36,704 nucleotides of DNA from Ornithinibacter sp. (GTDB taxonomy: Bacteria > Actinomycetota > Actinomycetes > Actinomycetales > Dermatophilaceae), in assembly GCA_035458265.1 (NCBI GenBank), contig DATIAB010000251.1, positions 1 to 36,704 on the forward strand, read 5' to 3'. Below the pieces are notes generated by a model. That model did no database searches. It was not told the origin of the DNA and was given only the letters and a program-made list of their open reading frames with translations. Shown piece after piece: positions 28,391 to 36,704 of this stretch. A program made the position numbers and the translations under genes. How positions within the stretch are numbered: position 1 is the first letter of the stretch; each line of letters opens with the position of its first letter.

Positions 28391-28393
28391 CCA

Positions 28394-29299
28394 GTGCAGC
28401 CCCGGTTCCTGTTCTCCGAGGTGCGCTCGGGCCTCCGGCGCAACATGTCGATGGCGATCTCGGTCGTGCTCGTCACGATGGTGTCGATGTTCCTGCTCGG
28501 ACTCGGGCTGCTCGCCCAGCGCCAGGCCGACACCATGAAGGGCTACTGGTACGACCGCATCCAGGTGTCGATCTACCTCTGTACGGCGAACTCGTTGCAG
28601 CCCAACTGCGAGGGGCGCGCCGCCACCGAGGCGCAGAAGGCCGCCATCCAGGACCAGCTCGAGGCCCTGCCGGAGGTCAAGGAGGTCTTCTACGAGTCTG
28701 AGCAGGAGGCCTACGACCGCTTCAAGGAGCAGTTCCGCAACAGCCCCATCGCCGGCAACGTCCAGGTCGGTGACATTCCCCAGAGCTTGCGTGTGCAGCT
28801 GGCGGACCCGACGAAGTATGCCGTCGTGACCGGTCAGTTCGAGGGTGCGCCGGGGGTCGCCACCGTCCAGGACCAGGAGAAGGTCCTCTCCAAGTTCTTC
28901 ACGATCATCAACTACATCACCGCGTTCGCGGTGCTGCTCGCCGCGCTGATGGTCGCCTGTGCCGCCTTGCTCATGGCCACCACGATCCGACAGGCGGCGT
29001 TCATCAGACGCCGAGAGATCGGCATCATGAGGCTCGTCGGGGCGTCGAACTGGACCATCCGGATGCCGTTCCTCGCCGAGATGGTCATCGTCTCCGTGGT
29101 CGGCGTCTCCTTGGCGGTCGGGCTGCTCGTCGCCCTCATGCAGTTCGTCTTCAACGAGGGAGCCAGCCAGATCGCGCTCAGCCAGGCGTTCATCGGCACC
29201 ACCGACGTGTGGCTGCTCGCGCCCTGGATGCTGCTCGGGGTCACCGCCGTCGCCGTGCTCACGAGCCTGGCGACCCTGCGCCGATACCTTCGGGTCTGA
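28394..29299 (+). CDS. ftsX: Cell division permease FtsX
   Basis: GLRRN, RRREIGIMRLVGAS..I..PF, four TM segments; follows ftsE. Confidence 0.95.
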   Translation: MQPRFLFSEVRSGLRRNMSMAISVVLVTMVSMFLLGLGLLAQRQADTMKGYWYDRIQVSIYLCTANSLQPNCEGRAATEAQKAAIQDQLEALPEVKEVFYESEQEAYDRFKEQFRNSPIAGNVQVGDIPQSLRVQLADPTKYAVVTGQFEGAPGVATVQDQEKVLSKFFTIINYITAFAVLLAALMVACAALLMATTIRQAAFIRRREIGIMRLVGASNWTIRMPFLAEMVIVSVVGVSLAVGLLVALMQFVFNEGASQIALSQAFIGTTDVWLLAPWMLLGVTAVAVLTSLATLRRYLRV

Positions 29300-29391
29300 G
29301 GGCTCTGCAGGGCCCGTCGCTCGACGCCGTCCACCGATTGTTCGGGCGAGCCTCTACCCCAAGCGTGTGAAACGTGTTACCAATGGTGATC

Positions 29392-30765
29392 ATGGGACGA
29401 CAGGACCGCGAGGCGATCAGCCGCGCCCACCACCGCGCGATCGCTGTGGGGACTGCGTTGCTCTGTGCTGCCGCACTCGGGGTCACCTCGGCCACGGCGG
29501 TTCCGACGGCAACCCTCGCGGGTGCGTCAACGGCATCCGACCCCGGCGCGGAGAAGCGCAAGGTCGACTCCCAGATCGAGAAGCTGCGCGAGGAGCTGGA
29601 GGACTCCTCGGCCGAGCTCTCGAACGCCTACATCGCCCTGCAGACGACCAAGAGCCAGCTGCCCGCAGCCCAAGCCGCCCTCGCGCAGGCCGAGTCGATC
29701 GCCCTTGCCGCCGACCGGGCCAACACCCTGGCCGCCCAGGAGCTCGAAGCCGCCCGGGCCAGCGAGGCCAAGGCCCAGGCCGAGCTCGAGGCCACGGCCA
29801 AGGAGGTCGCCACGGGCCGGGCCCGGGTGGCCCAGTTCGCCGCGCAGATCTACCAGGAGCAGGGCTTCGGCCAGCTGGACATGGCGTTGTCCAGCACCAA
29901 CCCGCAGCAGTTCGCCGACCGCATCGCCCTCGTCGACACCGTGATGGACGTCCAGGGCGAGACCCTCGACCGCCTCGCCACCGAGCAGGCCAGCCAGACT
30001 GCCCTCGAGGACCACCTGTCAGCTCTTCGGGCCGACTCCGCCGAGAAGAAGAAGCGGGCCGAGGCTGCCCTCGCGGCCGCCGAGAGCGCCCGCGACTCCG
30101 CGGCTCGCGCGAAGGCCGACCTCGACGCCCTGGCCGCACGGCAGGCCAGCCAGGCGGCCGCCGTCGAGTCCCAGATCGCCGCCGACAAGGCCAGGCTCGG
30201 CGTCATGCAGGCCGAGCAGTCGCGCCTGAAGGCCGTCCTGGCTGCACGGGCAGCCGAGGCTCGCCGCAAGGCCGCAGCCGCAGCGAAGGCCGAGGCCGCC
30301 CGTCGGGCCGCCGCAGCCAAGGCCGGCCGGCCGTCCAGCTCGTCCGGGGGTTCGAGCTCCGACGAGGCCAGCGGCGGCTTCCTGAGCCGCCCGATGAGCG
30401 GACGCGTCAGCTCTGAGTACGGCATGCGCTTCCACCCGATCCACCAGTACTGGAGGCTGCACAGCGGCCGCGACTACGCCGCACCCTGCGGGACACCGGT
30501 TCGTGCAGCCGCACCGGGCGAGATCATCATGGCCGGAGACGGCGGTGGGTACGGGAAGCGCATCGTCATCGACCACGGCATCGTCGAGGGTGAGCACCTC
30601 GCCACGACCTACAACCACCTGCAGGGCTACGCCCAGCGCAGCGGCAATGTCTCGCGCGGTGAGGTCATCGGCTACGAGGGCAGCACGGGCACGTCGACCG
30701 GCTGCCACCTGCACTTCGAGACCCTTCAGAACGGCGACTTCGTCGACCCGCGTCGCTGGCTGTGA
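29392..30765 (+). CDS. Coiled-coil M23 peptidoglycan endopeptidase
   Basis: Signal-like N-terminus, long Ala/Glu/Gln coiled coil, HSGRD and HLH zinc motifs. Start could be 29374, 29383 or 29392. Confidence 0.9.
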   Translation: MGRQDREAISRAHHRAIAVGTALLCAAALGVTSATAVPTATLAGASTASDPGAEKRKVDSQIEKLREELEDSSAELSNAYIALQTTKSQLPAAQAALAQAESIALAADRANTLAAQELEAARASEAKAQAELEATAKEVATGRARVAQFAAQIYQEQGFGQLDMALSSTNPQQFADRIALVDTVMDVQGETLDRLATEQASQTALEDHLSALRADSAEKKKRAEAALAAAESARDSAARAKADLDALAARQASQAAAVESQIAADKARLGVMQAEQSRLKAVLAARAAEARRKAAAAAKAEAARRAAAAKAGRPSSSSGGSSSDEASGGFLSRPMSGRVSSEYGMRFHPIHQYWRLHSGRDYAAPCGTPVRAAAPGEIIMAGDGGGYGKRIVIDHGIVEGEHLATTYNHLQGYAQRSGNVSRGEVIGYEGSTGTSTGCHLHFETLQNGDFVDPRRWL

Positions 30766-30823
30766 CAGCCGCCCTCGGGTTTTGGGTGGGGTCAGTGCCT
30801 CTGCGGACGGTAACCTCGCTCCC

Positions 30824-31303
30824 GTGGCCAAGGAGACCGGACGAAAGCTCGTCGCGAGCAACCGCAAGGCCCGTCACGACTACCTCATCGAGGACACGTA
30901 CGAGGCGGGCCTGGTGCTGATGGGCACGGAGGTCAAGGCCCTGCGGATGGGCCGTGCCTCCCTGGTCGACGGCTGGGCGGGGTTCGACCGCGATGACGAC
31001 CTCTGGCTGGAGGGCGTGCACATCCCGGAGTACTTCAACGGCACCTGGAACAACCACACGCCCCGTCGCCGCCGCAAGCTCCTCCTGCACCGGCGTGAGC
31101 TGAACAAGATCCTCCAGGCGACACGTGAGACGGGGCACACGGTGGTGCCCCTGTCGCTGTACTTCAAGGACGGCCGGGCCAAGGTCGAGCTCGCCGTGGC
31201 CAAGGGCAAGAAGAACTACGACAAGCGACAGGCGTTGCGCGAGCGCCAGGACAACCGTGAGGCCGACCGCGCCATGTCCGCTCGCACGCGCGGCGAGGAC
31301 TGA
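30824..31303 (+). CDS. smpB: SsrA-binding protein
   Basis: [35 protein letters not shown]; TAACCT 7 nt before GTG. Confidence 0.97.
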   Translation: MAKETGRKLVASNRKARHDYLIEDTYEAGLVLMGTEVKALRMGRASLVDGWAGFDRDDDLWLEGVHIPEYFNGTWNNHTPRRRRKLLLHRRELNKILQATRETGHTVVPLSLYFKDGRAKVELAVAKGKKNYDKRQALRERQDNREADRAMSARTRGED

Positions 31304-33385
31304 GTGCCCGGCGCCCGCGGCACGTTGCGGCCTGACGTGCTGCTCGGGCTCCGGGCGTTCGCGTGGGTCGCGGTCGCGGTCGCGGTCGCGTCCGTGCTCG
31401 TGGCCCCCGTCGCGCTCGCCACGCCCCCCTCACTGATTGCGCAGCACCCACCTGCGCAGGCCGCTGGAAGCCCTTCCTGGGTGGCTGGACCGCAATCAGT
31501 CGGGTCCACGCCGGACGTGCTGCCGGTGCTGCCAGGACTGCAGGCCTGGGGGCCGATGGCGGCGCTTCCCACCGAGGAGCAGGCCGACTCCCTCTCCACG
31601 GACTTCGACGTCGACCCCGACGGCTCGGTCCTGGTGACCGAGACGATCCGTTGGCGCTTCCCAGAGGGGGAGGATCGCCACGGCATCCTGCGCAATGTCA
31701 AGGTCCGCGCCGGCTACCAGGACAGCGAGACGCAGTACCGGTACTACGAGCTGTCCGGCGTCTCGGTCACCTCGCCGTCCGGAGCGCCGACCGACATCGC
31801 GATCTCCGACATGGGGGCCTTCCGCCAGATCCGCATCGGGAGCCCGTCGCAGACCATCAGGGGGACCGCCGACTACGTGGTGCGGTTCCGCCTCGCGCAC
31901 ATCGTCAACGACATCGGTGACGGCACGGCCGAGTTCTACTACAACGTCGTCGACGCCTCGAACGGCTTCCCGCAGAAGTCGGTGTCGGCCACCGTGAAGG
32001 GCCCGGTCCCGGCGACGCGAGCCGCGTGTTTCTACGGCGAGCTCGGCTCCACGACCACGTGCGACGCGACCGCCGGGGCCACCTCGACGTTCAGCTCCCC
32101 TGACCTCGAGGCGAGGGAGGGCATCAGCGTGCTCACGTCCTTCCCGCGTGACGCCTTCGGCGACCTGGCCCCCGATCTGCGCGACGGCGATGCCGATGCC
32201 GATGCCGGCTCCCCGGTCACCCCCCAGCAGGCCCGGGCCCTGGGTTGGCTGGCGATGGGCCTCGGGCTCCTCGGGCCCTTGTTGGCCGGCTCGCTCATGG
32301 GACTGCTCGTGTGGACGCGGGGGCGCGACGAGCAGTACGCAGGTCTGACGCCGGGCCTCACTCCAGGGGTCGGCGAGGACGTCCCCGTGGTGGTCGGCGG
32401 CCGCGGTCCCACCGTGGCGGTGCAGTTCACTGCGCCCGACGGCGTCCAGCCGGGTATGGCGGGCACGATCCTCGACGAGGACGTCAACCTCGTCGACATC
32501 ACGGCCACCCTCGTCGACCTCGCCGTGCGCGGCCACCTCACGATCGCCCGGGACGACCGGGGGGTCTTCAGCGCCGACGACTGGGTGCTCACGCGTACCG
32601 CCCCAGCGGCATCCGCCGTTCCCCTTGCCCCGTACGAGCAGGTGCTGCTCGACTCCGTCTTCGCCGGTGGCGGTCGGGTGGCGCTGTCGCAGCTGAAGAA
32701 CCGCTTCAAGCCCACGCTGGATGCCGTGGAGCGGCTCATGTACGAAGAGGTCGTCGAACGTGGCTGGTTCCGTCGCAGTCCCGAGCGGGCTCGCGCCGGA
32801 TGGATGGGGCTGGGTGCCGTGCTGATCGCCGGGTCGGTGTTCTTCGCCCTCTTCGTGGCCCGCCCGATCTCCAGTGTGTTCGCGGACTCGGGGTTCCCCG
32901 TATCGCCGGCGTGGTTCCTCGTCGTCGGCGGGGTCGTGACGGGGCTGCTCGTGCGCGCGATGGGCAAGCGGATGGCTGCTCGCACGGCTCGGGGCTCGGC
33001 GCTGCTGGCTCAGACGCGTGGCTTCGAGCGGTACATCGCGACGGCCGAGGCCAACCAGATCAGGTGGGAGGAGGCGCAGGACGTCTTCAGCCGCTTCCTG
33101 CCCTACGCCATCGTGTTCGGTCTGGCCGATCGCTGGGCCGAGACCTTCGAACAGGTGGCGGCCGCTGCTGCTGCGTCAGGGCACGTCGTCGCGAGCCCGA
33201 CATGGTACGTCGGCGACTGGACCAGCGGTGGCTTCTCCGACGTCGCCTCGAGCATGGACTCGTTCTCGACCGTCGCCGCGGGCACCTTCGTGTCGACCCC
33301 GGGGTCGTCGGGTTCGAGCGGCTTCAGCGGCGGCGGTGGCTTCAGCGGCGGCGGAGGCGGCGGTTCGTCGGGCGGCAGCTGGTAG
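31304..33385 (+). CDS. DUF2207-like membrane protein
   Basis: DGSVLVTETI, HGILR, ATLVDLAVRGHL, LPYAIVFG and Gly/Ser tail ending GGSW. Start uncertain. Confidence 0.85.
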   Translation: MPGARGTLRPDVLLGLRAFAWVAVAVAVASVLVAPVALATPPSLIAQHPPAQAAGSPSWVAGPQSVGSTPDVLPVLPGLQAWGPMAALPTEEQADSLSTDFDVDPDGSVLVTETIRWRFPEGEDRHGILRNVKVRAGYQDSETQYRYYELSGVSVTSPSGAPTDIAISDMGAFRQIRIGSPSQTIRGTADYVVRFRLAHIVNDIGDGTAEFYYNVVDASNGFPQKSVSATVKGPVPATRAACFYGELGSTTTCDATAGATSTFSSPDLEAREGISVLTSFPRDAFGDLAPDLRDGDADADAGSPVTPQQARALGWLAMGLGLLGPLLAGSLMGLLVWTRGRDEQYAGLTPGLTPGVGEDVPVVVGGRGPTVAVQFTAPDGVQPGMAGTILDEDVNLVDITATLVDLAVRGHLTIARDDRGVFSADDWVLTRTAPAASAVPLAPYEQVLLDSVFAGGGRVALSQLKNRFKPTLDAVERLMYEEVVERGWFRRSPERARAGWMGLGAVLIAGSVFFALFVARPISSVFADSGFPVSPAWFLVVGGVVTGLLVRAMGKRMAARTARGSALLAQTRGFERYIATAEANQIRWEEAQDVFSRFLPYAIVFGLADRWAETFEQVAAAAAASGHVVASPTWYVGDWTSGGFSDVASSMDSFSTVAAGTFVSTPGSSGSSGFSGGGGFSGGGGGGSSGGSW

Positions 33386-33685
33386 CCGGCCCCGTGCGCG
33401 CGCTGGATCGAGGTGATACCGCTCGGGAAACCGGGCGCCTGGGAGTCGACTCCACGCAGGTGACCAGGGTCTGGCCCGGCTCAGCGTCGCCTACCGCGCA
33501 GTAAGTGCTGCTGGGGCATCACCTACCAAGCGGTAGGCCACGACTGAGCAGCCCCGGATCCGGATGCCGTGAGGCTGGGACGCGGGACGGGTGCGGATGC
33601 CGCGTGACCGGCATCCGGGATCCGGCCCGTTCGCGCGCTGCATCGAGGTGATACCGCTCGGGAAACCGGGCGCCTGGCGTTCGAC
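33386..33685. repeat. Two about 64-bp direct repeats with an identical 36-bp core
   Basis: ATCGAGGTGATACCGCTCGGGAAACCGGGCGCCTGG at 33407-33442 and 33642-33677. Confidence 0.9.
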
Positions 33686-33696
33686 CGCTGACATGG

Positions 33697-33734
33697 CTGT
33701 ACCCACATCGACCTATTGGTCGATGTGGGTACAG
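33697..33734. repeat. Perfect 17-bp inverted repeat, possible bidirectional terminator
   Basis: CTGTACCCACATCGACC-tatt-GGTCGATGTGGGTACAG, between convergent genes. Confidence 0.85.
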
Positions 33735-33755
33735 GTTCCCTGTGCAGGGCCTTGC

Positions 33756-33931
33756 GGAGCCCCCGGATGCACGTGGTGCGGGGGGTTTCCGGGGGAGCCC
33801 CCGGATGGACGTGGTGCGGGGGGTTTCCGGGGGAGCCCCCGGATGCACGTGGTGCGGGGGGTTTCCGGGGGGCGGAGCCCCCGGATGCACGTGGTGCGGG
33901 GGGTTTCCGGGGGGCGGAGCCCCCCGGATGC
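33756..33931. repeat. Tandem array of REP-like palindromic units (38, 38, 42, 42 bp plus partial)
   Basis: Unit GGAGCCCCCGGATGCACGTGGTGCGGGGGGTTTCCGGG(GGGC); junctions form TCCGGGGG/CCCCCGGA hairpins. Confidence 0.9.
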
Positions 33932-33933
33932 GG

Positions 33934-34107
33934 TCAGTTCTTGAAGGCGTCCTTGACCTTCTCGCCGGCCTGCTTGATGTCGGCTTCGGACTGCTGGGCG
34001 CGGCCCTCGGCCTCGAGGCGCTCGTTGTCGGTCACCTTGCCGGTGGCCTCCTTGCCCTTGCCCATCAGGTCATCCTTGGTGTTGTCCATCTTGTCGCCGA
34101 TTCCCAT
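33934..34107 (-). CDS. csbD: CsbD-family stress protein (57 aa)
   Basis: GKGKEATGKVTDNERLEAEG; GAGGAG RBS before ATG 34107. Confidence 0.9.
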   Translation of the reverse strand: MGIGDKMDNTKDDLMGKGKEATGKVTDNERLEAEGRAQQSEADIKQAGEKVKDAFKN

Positions 34108-34250
34108 GGTGTTCTCCTCGTCCGTGGTGTGGAGCACCGAGCCTTGTCGTGACCGGATGCGGTCCTTCGACGGTACGAAAGTGATCGCGGAAACGGGGCT
34201 TTGCTGACGGACTGCCTGAAAGTGCTGGCCCGGTCAGGGCGTTCTGCCGG

Positions 34251-36704
34251 TCAGCCGGGGGTGACGACGACGATGAGGTCGCCGCCCTCGACCTGCTGGT
34301 GGTGGCCACTGAACGCGAGCCGTTGCACGGTGCCACCGACAGCGCTCGTGATGTTGGCCTCCATCTTCATGGCCTCGATCGTCGCGACCACCCCGCCCGG
34401 CTCGACCGTGTCGCCCTCGGCGACGGTGGGCGTGACCACGCCGGAGAACGGCGCGGGCACGTGGCCCGGTACGGACAGGTCGGCCTTCTCCACGGCCTTG
34501 ACGTCGGCGGTGACCGAGCGATCGCGCACCGTGACGGGGCGGAACTGCCCGTTGAGGGTGCACATCACGGTGCGCATCCCCTGGCGGTCGGCCTCGCCCA
34601 CCGAGCTGATGCCGAGGATGAGGCGCTTGCCGGCCTCGATCTCGGCCTCGTACTCCGCGCCCTGCTCCAGACCGTGGAGGAACTCGATCGTGCCGAGCAC
34701 CGACAGGTCGCCGAAGCTCTCGCGGCTGGCCTCGAACTCCTTGGTCGGCCCGGGGAACAGCAGCTGGTTCAGGGTGCGGCGAGGGTCGGTGCGCAGCGAC
34801 TCCTCCTGCGCTGCGGTGAGCTCGGTCTGGCGAGGCTTGGCCTGGCGGCCCTGCAGTGCCTTGGTGCGGAAGGGCTCGGGCCAGCCACCCGGCGGGTCGC
34901 CGAGCTCGCCCTCGAGGAAGCCGATGACCGAGTCGGGGATGTCGTACTTCGTCGGGTTGGCCTCGAAGTCCGCAGGGTCGGCACCGGCGCCGACCAGGGC
35001 GAGTGCGAGGTCCCCGACGACCTTGGAGGAGGGGGTCACCTTCACGATGTTGCCGAGGATGCCGTTCGCCGCGGCATACATGTCCTCGATGTCCTCGAAG
35101 CGGTCGCCGAGACCGAGGGCGATCGCCTGCTGGCGCAGGTTGGACAACTGGCCGCCGGGGATCTCGTGGAAGTACACGCGGCCGGTCGGTGAGGCCAGCC
35201 CCGACTCGAACGGCTTGTAGATCGTGCGCACGGCCTCCCAGTAGGGCTCGAGCGAGAACACCTTGTCGATGTCCAGGCCGGTGGGGCGCTCCGTTCCGTC
35301 GGTGGCCGCGACGAGCGCTGACAGGCTGGGCTGGCTCGTCGTGCCGGACATCGACGAACAGGCGGCGTCCACGGCATCCACGCCGGCGTCGATGGCCGCG
35401 AGGAGGGTGCCGATCTGACCGCCCGCGGTGTCGTGGGTGTGCAGGTGCACGGGCAGGTCGAACCTCTCGCGCAGGGCCCGCACGAGTGTGGATGCGGCCG
35501 GCGCTCGCAGCAGCCCGGCCATGTCCTTGATCGCGAGGACGTGAGCGCCGGTGTCCACGATCTGCTCCGCCAGGCGCAGGTAGTAGTCGAGGGTGTAGAG
35601 CGTCTCGCGCGGGTCGAGGAGGTTGCCGGTGTAGCACAGCGCCACCTCGGCGACGGCGGTGTCGGTCGCGAGCACCGCCTCGACGGCCGGGCGCATCTGG
35701 GACACGTCGTTGAGCGAGTCGAAGATCCGGAAAATGTCGAGCCCGGTGCGAGCGGCCTCGGCGACGAACGCGTCGGTGACCTTGGTGGGGTACGGGGTGT
35801 AGCCGACGGTGTTGCGCCCACGCAGCAGCATCTGCAGGGGGATGTTCGGCATCGCGTCGCGCAGCAGGGCCAGGCGTTCCCACGGGTCCTCGGACAGGAA
35901 GCGCAGCGCCACGTCGTAGGTCGCGCCACCCCACGCCTCCATCGAGAGCAGCTCGGGGGTCAGGCGGGAGACGTGCCCGGCGACGTGGAGCAGGTCGCGC
36001 GTGCGCATCCGGGTCGCGAGCAGGCTCTGGTGGGCGTCGCGGAAGGTCGTGTCGGTGACGGGCACGTCGGTTCGCGCGCGCAGCTGCCGGGCGAACTCGG
36101 CCGGCCCCACCTCGAGCAACAGGTCGCGGCTCCCGCGCGGGAGGGCGGATGCCGTGTCGAGGGCCGGCAGCTTCGTGCGCGGCTTGAGGTGCGTGGTCGC
36201 CGGTCCGTGCGGCTGGTTGACGCTGACATCGGCGAGGTAGGTCAGCAGCCGGGTGCCGCGGTCGCCGCCCATCCGTGCCTCGAGCAGCTCGGGCCGCTGG
36301 TCGATGAAGCTCGTCGTCGCCTCGCCGGCCTGGAAGACCGGGTCGGCGAGCACCGCCTCGAGGAAGGGGATGTTCGTCGACACCCCGCGGATGCGGAACT
36401 CGGCGAGTGCCCGGCGGGCCCGCCGCACCGCCATCGGGAAGCTGCGCCCGCGGCAGGTGAGCTTCACGAGCATGGAGTCGAAGTGCGGGCTGACCTGGGC
36501 GCCGACGAACACGGTGCCACCGTCGAGGCGCACCCCGCCACCGCCGGCCGAGCGGTAGACGCTGATCTGACCGGCATCCGGCCGGAAGCCGTTCGACGGG
36601 TCCTCGGTCGTGATGCGGCACTGCAGCGCGGCCCCGCGCACGTAGATGTCCGCCTGGGTCATGCCGAGGTCGCCGAAGGACTCGCCCGAGGCGATGCGCA
36701 TCTG
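34251..36704 (-). CDS. pyc: Pyruvate carboxylase, 5' end outside window
   Basis: QCRITTED (end of biotin carboxylase domain), RDAHQSL, IKDMAG, HLHTHD, biotinyl site EAMKM. Confidence 0.97.
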   Translation of the reverse strand, partial: QMRIASGESFGDLGMTQADIYVRGAALQCRITTEDPSNGFRPDAGQISVYRSAGGGGVRLDGGTVFVGAQVSPHFDSMLVKLTCRGRSFPMAVRRARRALAEFRIRGVSTNIPFLEAVLADPVFQAGEATTSFIDQRPELLEARMGGDRGTRLLTYLADVSVNQPHGPATTHLKPRTKLPALDTASALPRGSRDLLLEVGPAEFARQLRARTDVPVTDTTFRDAHQSLLATRMRTRDLLHVAGHVSRLTPELLSMEAWGGATYDVALRFLSEDPWERLALLRDAMPNIPLQMLLRGRNTVGYTPYPTKVTDAFVAEAARTGLDIFRIFDSLNDVSQMRPAVEAVLATDTAVAEVALCYTGNLLDPRETLYTLDYYLRLAEQIVDTGAHVLAIKDMAGLLRAPAASTLVRALRERFDLPVHLHTHDTAGGQIGTLLAAIDAGVDAVDAACSSMSGTTSQPSLSALVAATDGTERPTGLDIDKVFSLEPYWEAVRTIYKPFESGLASPTGRVYFHEIPGGQLSNLRQQAIALGLGDRFEDIEDMYAAANGILGNIVKVTPSSKVVGDLALALVGAGADPADFEANPTKYDIPDSVIGFLEGELGDPPGGWPEPFRTKALQGRQAKPRQTELTAAQEESLRTDPRRTLNQLLFPGPTKEFEASRESFGDLSVLGTIEFLHGLEQGAEYEAEIEAGKRLILGISSVGEADRQGMRTVMCTLNGQFRPVTVRDRSVTADVKAVEKADLSVPGHVPAPFSGVVTPTVAEGDTVEPGGVVATIEAMKMEANITSAVGGTVQRLAFSGHHQQVEGGDLIVVVTPG

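Noticed and set aside
31367-31390. (GTCGCG)4 microsatellite as a phase-variation switch
   Set aside because: A 6-bp unit keeps the frame and simply encodes Val-Ala repeats in a hydrophobic leader.
33386-33931. Possible CRISPR array (36-bp direct repeats; tandem units)
   Set aside because: Only two 36-bp copies, 235 bp apart. The tandem units have no unique spacers, and there are no cas genes.
31304-33933. tmRNA (ssrA) expected near smpB
   Set aside because: No tRNA-Ala-like 5' end or T-arm/CCA 3' end found; it probably lies elsewhere.
34234-36621. 795-aa minus-strand ORF overlapping pyc
   Set aside because: Arg/Pro/Gly-rich alternative frame, typical of high-GC DNA.

Overview
High-GC actinobacterial window (gene content suggests Micrococcales; this is inference). 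The left edge has an FHA-TM-FtsK ATPase on the minus strand that the ORF track missed because it runs off the window. The right half is ordinary backbone: Tad/Flp pilus cluster, prfB, ftsE-ftsX-M23 peptidase, smpB, a DUF2207-like gene, csbD and pyc. Between them (about 5.2-19.1 kb) is an accessory block of immunity-like protease modules with no integrase. (i) A CHAT protease paired with an alpha/beta-hydrolase that carries an N-terminal extension. (ii) Divergent from it, a translationally coupled five-gene operon: Ser/Thr/Pro lipoprotein, LCP transferase, TIR-STAND NTPase-TM-WD40 receptor, hydrolase-fold lipoprotein, and caspase(C14)-TIR. This resembles a membrane-anchored apoptosome linked by TIR-TIR contacts and is the best candidate for a new system. 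(iii) A Cys-tailed cupin, a hemopexin-metzincin and a HEAT protein. A repeat-rich, highly structured intergenic region lies at 33.4-33.9 kb. All calls come from reading motifs by eye; no searches were run, so novelty is unverified.
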